DNA of 64,000 nt from NCBI RefSeq assembly GCF_006345805.1, contig NC_043007.1, forward strand, positions 7,254,001-7,318,000, in the 5' to 3' direction. Below the pieces are notes generated by a model. The model was not told where the DNA came from. It saw only the letters and a list, made by a program, of their open reading frames with translations, and ran no database searches. The stretch's first letter is position 1, and each line of letters starts with the position of its first letter. A program made the position numbers and the translations under genes. Shown in pieces: positions 54,108 through 64,000 of the stretch. This DNA comes from Octopus sinensis (taxonomy: Eukaryota).

Positions 54108-54482
54108 TTAGTTAGTTAGTTAGTTAGTTAATTTTTGGCTCAAAAGCAAATAGCAAGGCCATGTAGGGGGACATGGAGTTAAGTACAGGGTGGTGTTCAT
54201 GTAAAGAGTGCAGGCCACTTGAGGTCAAGGGAGACTTTGAACAAAGCGGTCGTCGGCATCTTCACCATCTCGTCTGGCAGCTTGTTCCACGGATCCGCAA
54301 CCCGGACGGAGAAAGCTCCTCTCCTTCGATTGAGATGAAATCGTCGCAGGTAGAGCTTTTCGGAATGACCCCGCAGCCGACGCTCTGGAGCAGGAGTGAA
54401 GAACAGCTCTTTCGAGAGGTTACACTTTCCGCTTATGATGTTGTGAGCGAGAATGAGATCACCACGGCGGCGGCGTTTTTCT
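54108..54482 (-). mobile_element. CR1-type LINE 3' end with (TAAC)n tail, nested in a family B SINE
   Basis: RRRRGDLI..LRGHSEKL..FSVRVADPWNKLP..FKVSLD; (ttag)n at 54108-54130; family B pieces on both sides. Confidence 0.85.
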
Positions 54483-55103
54483 TTATGCCGAACGGCTACA
54501 CTATGTGCATGTAAGCAAGAGCGGTGGTGTGGTATAAGTGCATACACACGCACACATACTCACAAACGTACACACAGACACACACTCATACTCACACACG
54601 TGTGCGCGCCCATGTGTGACCGGTTCTTTTAGTTTCTGTCTACGAAATCCTCTCAGTAAGCTTTGGTCTGGCCCGAGTTAGAATATGAGATATTTTCCAC
54701 AGCTTCCAAGCAATAGGGTTGAATCAGAGGTTCCGAGAGAAACCTCGACCAGATCCGAAGATCTTCTTATATTAGCTCCGGATATCGACAACAGTGTAGA
54801 CACGGTGACCTTTGAGCTGCATTTTCACCTTGGGGAAAAGATGGTAGCCCCGAGGTACTAAATCTGACGAACAGGATGGGTGTAGAAGCGATACCACTAC
54901 TAGCTCTCACTACGCACGCAACCATATGCTGACATCTGCTGGCACACTGCAGAACTAGTGTCTGGGAACGTTTTGATATCATTTCGTAAATGTGATTTCT
55001 TATGACTGAACTAAGACTGAATAGCAGTATATAATTCAAGTACTTACTCCTATAGATTTCAGACCTGTGTCTGTGGGATTATATTTATCAGTACATGTAT
55101 CTA

Positions 55104-55191
<88 letters not shown>

Positions 55192-55207
55192 ATGTATGTA
55201 TGTATAT

Positions 55208-56048
55208 ATGTAAAAAAAATACAAACTGGGACAAGAACGCAAAACATTTAGAAGACGATACAAAAACACGGAAGCCTCTAATCTTCAGTCAAGAACCGGA
55301 TCATCCTAGCAATTTCGGCTGATTAATCTTGAGATCGCTCCGATCCGGCCAGCCCCAAGGAAAATCTAAGCTACGAGCATTAGATTTCTTGGAAAAAGGA
55401 TCGAATGTATACGAAACAGGGACAGAAAAACGGACGATGCCACACGAATATAAATACAAAAAGCAATAATAATAATAACAGGACAAAAACAGCGGGTGTC
55501 TTACGACTATAGACAGTAGAACTTAGTTTAGCTGGCGTATTTGGAAAAAATGCCTTTTTCGGCAGACGAAGAAAACGATGTTCTCATGGCGGTGGTCGGA
55601 AGCCGAAAGGCTGGTTGACCAGCGGTCACGTGAGAGGAGAAGAGAGAGAAAATAAAAGGGGCAAAGGAATCAAAGAGAGAGAGAAAAAAAGAGGGACAAA
55701 GGCACCAAAGAGGGGAGAAGAGAGAGAAAGAAGGAATTAAAGAGGGGAGAAGAAAGAGAGCGTGCCAAGGATTGGCTTGGCGACAGAATCAGTGAGGTGC
55801 AAAGTGAGAAAGACAGAGAAATGTGAGAGAGTGGGGGAAGAGGAGACCAAACAATCAGAGGCAAGAAAAGAGAAAAGGAGGAGAAGTAGAGAGAGAGAGT
55901 GAGAAATAGACAGATCAAAGTGGAGTGCAAAGTGTGAAAGGCAGAGAAATGTAGGCGAGGGGGGAGAGAGAAACAGTGTTATAGAGTGGTACCAAATTTA
56001 AAGAAATATGTACTTACATATCAGACCAAAAGGGTACGGGCGTCGCTA
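55208..56048 (-). mobile_element. Probable 3' end or pLTR of a PLE between (TA)n tracts
   Basis: Minus strand starts RRPYPFGL (like the P.GLN ends of PLE endonucleases), then a pyrimidine-rich tract and a ggctg..cagcc-GAAA stem. Weak. Confidence 0.35.
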
Positions 56049-56058
56049 TATATATATA

Positions 56059-56090
<32 letters not shown>

Positions 56091-56229
56091 CACAGTTGAA
56101 ACACTCCTGTCACAACCTGGGTCCTATATATTATATATTCTACATTAATATTATAAAGAATATAAATAAAACATAAAAAACAGACAGAGTTGGAATTTCC
56201 TTGAATAATATACACAATCATACAAACCC

Positions 56230-56303
<74 letters not shown>

Positions 56304-56459
56304 TGTATGTATATATACACTTACACATAATACATATATATATATGGATCCCTCTCTCTCCATCTCTCTCTGTCTCTCTCTTACTCTTTCTCTCCTCTCT
56401 GTCTCTCTCTATCTATATCTATATATATATACATATATATATAAGGAGCACTCAGTTGT

Positions 56460-56652
56460 GAAAGTAGCGTGCAAGTGGCTGAGCACTCCGCAGAGACGTG
56501 TACCCCTCACTTAGTTTTCAGGGAGATTCAGCGTGACCCACAGAGTCACAAGGCTGGCCCTTTGAAATACAAGGACACAACGCGTCGCCGGGAATTAAAC
56601 TAACGACCTTACGATCCTGAGCTGAATGTCCTAACCATTAAGTCACGTGCCT
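56460..56652 (-). mobile_element. SINE (family E) fragment
   Basis: Similar to 20995-21284; right end cctaaccattaagtcacgtgcc is a tRNA-like head. Confidence 0.7.
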
Positions 56653-56653
56653 T

Positions 56654-56698
<45 letters not shown>

Positions 56699-57463
56699 CA
56701 TACACATATATATATATATATCAGGACAATGTAGTGCAAAAATCTTTCGTTCCATTTACTTCGCTGTCAATAATTTACTTTTGCGCTATCAAGTTTATAT
56801 TTATAACAAAAATTAAGTAAATATAACTGGGCTATTTTTTATTCATTTTTCATCCCATATACAAAGAAATTGCGTATATAAACTTCACATAGATTATTTC
56901 TGTTTTATCTTCTGAAATGGCGAAAGAAAATACATTAAAAGAAAATATAAGTCGACGTAGAAAATTATTAATGAAATAGAAAATTAAATCTATGGATGTT
57001 CAAAAAAGTAACACTCCAAAATACATTTAATAAATATTCATATATTTTTTTTCAAATACGAGACGAAATTTCTTTATTTTAAATGTATTTTCGTACTTCA
57101 TAGCAATAAACATCATTTGATATAGCAATTATTTTTTAAAAGGTTTTCTAATTTAATCGCTCGAATCTGAATTCTTTCGTTATGTTTTTACGTAGTTTTT
57201 TTTAACGTGGACGCTTGTCCTAAAATGCCACGATGTTTGTTTACAATAACTACAAACTAATTGTCGTAAATAATCAAAAAAATAAACGCAGTCAAGTTTA
57301 TTGTATATGTGTAAGTTTAGGTTACACACAACCACACACACACACATACACACAAACACACAAACACGAATACACGCACACATATACCTATATATATTTA
57401 TGTTAACTAAACTTATATATATAATATATATATACATATAAACATATGTCTATATATTAATAT

Positions 57464-57506
<43 letters not shown>

Positions 57507-57507
57507 T

Positions 57508-57538
<31 letters not shown>

Positions 57539-57733
57539 TATATATATATATATATACATATATATTTATATACATATATGCATATATATATACATGCATA
57601 TATATACATATATACATATATATATATATATGTGTGTGTGTGTATTTATATATGTATGTGTATTTATATGTGTATATATATATATACATATATATTTATA
57701 TACATATATGCATATATATATACATGCATATAT

Positions 57734-57791
<58 letters not shown>

Positions 57792-57886
57792 CTATATGTG
57801 TGTGTTTGTAAGTGTATATATGTAGGTTTACATTACATATAGACATACATTCAAACGTATATGTATGGCTAGGTGTGTGTATGTGC

Positions 57887-57918
<32 letters not shown>

Positions 57919-58702
57919 ATTTGTGTGTGTATTTGTGTGTGTATGTGCGTGCGTGTGTTTATGTGTGTGTGCTTGTGCGTGTGTGTAAGCGTGTTTGCAT
58001 TTTAAAAAGTCTGTATTTGTGGCGGTCCTAATCGCTATTTAGATAAAGACAATATCACAAATCTTAATTAGTTGAAGCACTGTAATTATTCTGTGTTGAT
58101 TGTTTCTTCAGTAAACGTACGAACTATTAAAGATGTCGATGTGTTATTACAAAGAATACTCCTTCTTATATCTTGGGTTGGGTCAGTCATAACAGACAGC
58201 AGCAAAAAAAAACAGAAAGAAAAAGAAAACAAAAGCTGAAATATTTTTTCCGCTCGGTTTGTTTGTTTGTGCGTTATTTGAGATTTTTTCTCGGTGGATT
58301 CAGCGAAGTAAAAATGAAATTTTCTATAAAGTTGATCTAAGCTTTTGTACAGAAAATATAATAAAATGAACCATAATAAAGTATATAACGAATACTTTTT
58401 AAACGGAAAAGGCAATTAATAAATATAACAAAAAATATTTTTATTTTTAAACGTTCAAGGCAATTAAGAAATGTAACAACAAATATATTCAAATATTTTC
58501 TAAAGTTTTACAGTAGTGAACATCACTGCATTACGTGTTCGTTCAAATAACTAGAAAAGAAGCAGCCAAACCCACCACGTATCACACTATTAAACGGATA
58601 TACTTATGTAGGTGTCTATGTATTGTATATACACATACAGGCACGCGAACACACATGCCACATTGCATAGCGAAATATACATATGTGTGTGTGTGAGTAT
58701 GT

Positions 58703-58773
<71 letters not shown>

Positions 58774-60327
58774 GTATGTATGTAAAACAGTTGCGATTAA
58801 AACTAGTGCTTTCTAACAAATTTAAAATAGCCTCTCCTTAAATTTAGTGTATTTTATTGTAAGGTCTAGCAAACTCATGGCTTGGGAGTGTAAATAAATG
58901 GGCGGAAACTATCCGGAATCCTGCTGTATGGATTGTATCTCCATTTCAAAGATGCTGTGTTTGGAAGATTCTTTCCAAGAATAACGTTTAGAAGGAATCT
59001 GGTCGTGATTGCATACATTCATTCAAAGAGTCCGTCATCCGCCTGATCGAAACATCGAATCCTAATATGCGTAATGGATTGAGGATCCATTTTGGGACCA
59101 GAAGTAACCTCTGTGTATTCTCCATATCGATTAGAAGATAAATGCCTTCTGTTAAGATGCCGATGACAGGAAATATGAAATACATGTCAGAACACGCTTT
59201 TTTCGCTCCTTTTAAAATACTTTCAACATAAGAATTCAATATTCTAAATATTAACTACTTCCCTGTGGCAGTGAGGAGGTTTATGCAGATAAAGTGGATG
59301 CTTTCGTTCTTTTCTTTTCTCTTTTTAGCAAAGTGTGTCAGTTTATATGTCCTTGCGTGAGCACAGGTATGTGAAGCTAGTTTCTACAGGTATTCTGGTA
59401 TACGCCGCCGTCTGTGATAAATATACACACTCGCCTTGTGCGTATTTCAATACGTGTGTGTGTCTGCGTTTCTGTGAGTGTGTATGTGTGTGTGTATGTG
59501 AGTATATATGCGTGTATTTGTATGTGCGTGAGTGTATGTCTGTATTTTCATTCATAAAACTTATTCTATACGCCTAAACACAAGAATATACACCATAAAA
59601 TGCACACACACATATACACTCAAATAAGACATACATTTATACTTAAAGACTATGTTCCGGTTTTAGCATTAGTTTCGCAGTTCCTTTATGAGGATTTTTA
59701 TGTTGTGTTTGGATCGAAATAATAAATTTTCTTTATCTCTCCGATCTTCGAGGCCCTCCTGGGCTGATCATCTGCGTGGAAATATTTTAGTGTCTGACTT
59801 TATAGCTGTGTTTACTGTAAGCTAGAATAAATAGAACTCTGTTGAGTATATTTTTCTTTCGCTTTTACCGGAGATTAAATTTTCTGAAGGAAATATAAGA
59901 ACCAAAATGGGGGGAAAAGGAAAACAATTCGTAATTTAAAAAGTATAAAACAACAAAAAAGAAGAATGGAGCATATTTGCTGACAACCAATTTCAAGAAA
60001 GAATATGTGTGTGTGTGTGTGTGCGTGCGTGTGTGTGCGTGTGCGAGCATGTATGTGTGCGTGCGAGCATGTGTGTGTGTGTGTGTGTGTCTGCGTGCGA
60101 GCATATGTGTCTGTGTGTCTGCATGAGGGTATGTGTATGTGTGTGTATGTGTGTGCGCGAGGACGTGCCTGCGTGTCTGCGTGCGAACGTATGTGTGAGT
60201 GTGTGTATGTACGAGTGTGGAGGCGGGGAATAGAGGCAAATGTATTTTGTAGAAGTAATTTGTTTCAATGATGTATATTTTTACTGAAAGTATTCTGTAA
60301 CTAATATATACTATATGTAAAACTATA

Positions 60328-60379
<52 letters not shown>

Positions 60380-60462
60380 AAAGGAGAGAGAGAAAGAGAG
60401 AGTTTGCTAGAGATTGGTAGATGGATATAAACATATACACACACACACACACACACACAAAA

Positions 60463-60519
<57 letters not shown>

Positions 60520-60539
60520 TATATGTATGTATGTATATA

Positions 60540-60953
60540 GGCGCAGGAGTGTGTGTGTAGTAAGTAGCTTGCTTACCAGCCACATGAATACAGGTTCAGT
60601 CCCTCTGCGGGTCACCTTGGGCATGTGTCTTCTACTATAGCCTCGCACCAACAAAAACCCTTGTGAATGGATTTGGTTGACGGAAACTGAAAGAAGCCCG
60701 TCGTATATATGTATCTATATATATGTATGTGTGTATATATGTTTGTATGTCAGTGTTCATCCTCCCAACATTGCTTGACAACCGATGCTGGTGTGTTTAC
60801 GTCCCCGTAACTTAGCAGTTCGGCAAAAGAGACCGATAGAATAAGTACTAGGCTTACAAAGAATAAGTTCTGGGGTCGATTTGCTCAACTAAAGACGGTG
60901 CTCCAGCATGACCGCAGTCAAATGACTGAAACAAATGAAAGAATAAGAGAATA
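60540..60953 (+). mobile_element. SINE family B, full length
   Basis: tRNA-like head (tagtaag..ggttcagtccc), ccttgggcatgtgtcttct CORE-like block, internal (TA)/(TG) repeat, 3' gtgctccagcatgaccgcagtcaaatgactgaaac. Confidence 0.9.
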
Positions 60954-62050
60954 TATACACACACAAACACACACATTCCCCACAAAAATAAGTTTGGACA
61001 AACGAAGCCACGGATCGCGTGCTTTCCGTCGGCGAAACTTTGTATGCTGCGCAGATATGCACAACTCTCCATGTATGTCGGAGCCACACACCCCCGCGCA
61101 CGTGTGTCTATGGGTGTACGTGTGTGTGAGTGTAAGCTTGTGCGCGCGTGTGTATGATCATGCGTGTGTGTGTGTATGTGTCTGTATGTGTGCGTGTGTG
61201 AGACTGTATGCCGGCGCGCGCGTGTGTATAATCTGTGATGACTAAAGAGAACTCAGAAAAAATATAGGAAACGAAGGCTGGATTACGAAGATTTTTATCA
61301 AAGAACACGGATAACTCTATTTATATAGGAAATCTACTCACCATTGAAAACATTAAGTTCGACTGCGCGTCTCTCATCTATTTTCCTTGTCAAACAGCAT
61401 CCATCAAACAAGATATAGAATTACTTAGGTGTAAACCATTCTTTAATCTTAAAACCGACATCTAAAAATAAAGAATTTTGCTTCCTAAAATTCTGTCTAT
61501 TAAGTCTAGAATATCTGAGGATAAAACAGGAATATGTGCGACTTATACGCTGCTTCAATGCGGATAACGTTCGAGTAAGAGCGAGTTGGAATGTCAATTT
61601 CAAAATGAGTTTCGGAAAGATGGAAGCATATTCAACAATATTCCTGTTGCTAGAAAGAAGTCAATCTCTTTGTTCGTTAAGATACTTCCAACATTACTTA
61701 AAGCTAAATAATTCTTCAAAGTGAATCTACCCTTTCAATTTTATCGTCAGTTGTCAAGTAAGTTAAGTTCACTACATCAGTTCCTAAGCTGACGACTACT
61801 TTAAACATTTACTAGTCTTTCCTTACTGTGACAATGTCTTCATATACCTCGGCGATACAAGGCCGGAATGGTTTTCCATAGTAAACAACTTAATAAGAAA
61901 GAGAGTGATGTTACTAACACATGGCATAAAACAATAACTTCTCTGTTGTAACTGGAAACACGTTTCGGTGTGTATTGCGTGAGCGTATTTCAATAGTTTC
62001 TTTAAATTAATCGTGATTTATAAGTATGTTTGTATGCATGTGTGTGTATG

Positions 62051-62120
<70 letters not shown>

Positions 62121-62209
62121 CATACATATATATACTAATATAATATATATTATATATATATGTATGTATATATATATATATGTATATATATATGTATGTA
62201 TATATATGG

Positions 62210-62432
62210 AAAAAAGTCAAGGTAGAAAATGCCAAAATAATTTTATAAAAAACATTTCAGTGCCGGTTTCAGTCATTGAGACTTTTTCAACTGTAAGTAT
62301 GGTTAACAATTGAATTTGGAAAAATTAAAGAAAAGCTTTTTTAAAAGAATATTTGTATAGTGTTCAAATACAAGTGGCAGTACTGAAATGTCTTATAAAA
62401 ATTATTTTAGCATTTTATACCTTGACTTTTTT
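62210..62432. mobile_element. Short foldback element in (TA)n with an HHR-like motif at 62258-62293 (-)
   Basis: Inverted arms 62210-62263 and 62380-62432. Minus strand: cag TTGAAAA agtc-tcaat-gact GAAA ccgg CA ctg. Confidence 0.7.
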
Positions 62433-62473
62433 TCAATATATATCAATTCGTGTGTCCTTTTCAACCTTATATT

Positions 62474-62561
<88 letters not shown>

Positions 62562-62583
62562 CACTTATTGAATTAGGGAGACG

Positions 62584-63141
62584 AAAAATGGATTTAGCAA
62601 GAATGTTTACTCAACACAACGATCGGTGCGACCCATCTTGCATCTGTCCCTTTCAGGTGGGACATTGTACAGCTGGTAGTGTTGCATTCATCAATGCAAC
62701 TTCATGTTAAGGATGTATCACTGAATGTGATCATAAACAACCGAAACGGTCATATCAGAAGCAGTGGAAGCCTGTCCCCTGTCGGTTACGGATGACTGAG
62801 CCGGCTTATTAGGCGCTGGACTGGCATTCCCTCTTTTCTATTACAGTAATTTGTTAAGCATTCATTGTAAATTATAGCCAGACCCATCTATGGCTTATAA
62901 CCCCGAAGTTGTTTCCATGCTCTGTTAGTGGAGCCAACATACTACAGGCGACCACAACATGCCAAGCGAAACTTAGTATATGTAGGGAGGTGTCTTATTT
63001 AAATAGGACACGTGACAAGACACAGCTTGCATTGATGGATACAACACAACTGACAGTACAATGTTTCACCTGTAAATGATAGATGCAGGATGGGTCGAAA
63101 CGATCGTTGTGTTGAATAAAGATTCTGGCTAAATCCTTTTT
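62584..63141. mobile_element. Diverged foldback element with about 115-bp inverted arms and degenerate HHRs
   Basis: 62584-62699 versus 63027-63141; arm consensus cac CTGAA.. gac..gtc GAAA cgatcg TT gtg. Confidence 0.65.
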
Positions 63142-63308
63142 CTGTTCCATTCAACGTACACTGCAGAACTCCTGACGTAAATTCAGTGACAATTATATCG
63201 TAAGTGTGGATGGCATCAGGTAGCCTAAGCACTGGAAGTGCTTTAATCGGCATACTACGAGACATATACCCAAAGTCCAAATATATATATATGTGTGTGT
63301 GTGTGTGT

Positions 63309-63340
<32 letters not shown>

Positions 63341-63425
63341 GTGTGTGTTAATACATACATATATATATATATATATATATGTGTGGTGTGTGTGTGTGAT
63401 ACATACATACATACATATATATAGT

Positions 63426-63486
<61 letters not shown>

Positions 63487-63502
63487 TAATACTACTACAT
63501 AC

Positions 63503-63540
<38 letters not shown>

Positions 63541-63545
63541 GGTGT

Positions 63546-63579
<34 letters not shown>

Positions 63580-64000
63580 CGATAGTATGTTTCTATACGA
63601 CATATATAGAACATATACACACACGTCTCTAAGTGATTTTTTCTCGCCTCTTATAAAACATCCAATATTCTTTATAGTGAACTTTATGTGTCACCCTATG
63701 TTGACCGTGACCTGTGAATTGTTCTACACTGATAAACAGTTTCGCCTGGGCTTTGCACAGTTCGATGCTCGCCTCTGTTCTGTTTTTGTTTTTCCAACGG
63801 ATAAGAGAAAGACACAATATGGTCCATTATCAATCGGATTTGGTATTTGGCCTTTCGAACACGTGTAGAATGAAATATTTCTGTTCAATCTGCGTCAGAT
63901 CAATTCACCAATATGTTTTAATTTCAATATCCGCACCAAGCACGGTGCAACGCCAGATGGTTGTACTCCAATGCTGTTCACTGCTGGGATTTTTGCTACT

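Noticed and set aside
54108-54130. Telomere-like repeat
   Set aside because: It is (TTAG)n, the tail of the adjacent CR1 fragment, not TTAGGG or TTAGG.
58988-59239. Possible hAT transposase remnant (VPKWILNP)
   Set aside because: A single short motif without TIRs; needs a profile search.

Overview
AT-rich, microsatellite-saturated animal genomic DNA, most likely octopus (coleoid cephalopod). This is inferred from the repeat landscape and SINE types, not proven. One protein-coding gene is supported: a + strand class C GPCR, a group II-like metabotropic glutamate receptor. It has two large coding exons (15887-17255 and 26394-27451) that splice in frame to 809 codons, covering signal peptide, Venus flytrap, 9-Cys domain and TM1-TM6. 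I did not find the TM7/C-tail exon in the remaining 36.5 kb. The rest is intronic or intergenic: several tRNA-derived SINE families, fragments of Tx1/L1, CR1 and Penelope-like (PLE) retroelements, and simple repeats. Most short ORFs in the track are repeat artefacts. Most notable: (1) about ten minimal type I hammerhead ribozyme (HHR) motifs, some with a U3:A8 core, mostly in short non-coding elements with inverted or direct terminal repeats in or beside (TA)n tracts; (2) a Tx1-like LINE embedded in (GATA)n whose 3' end matches the 3' tail of the most abundant SINE, which itself occurs with two alternative tails.
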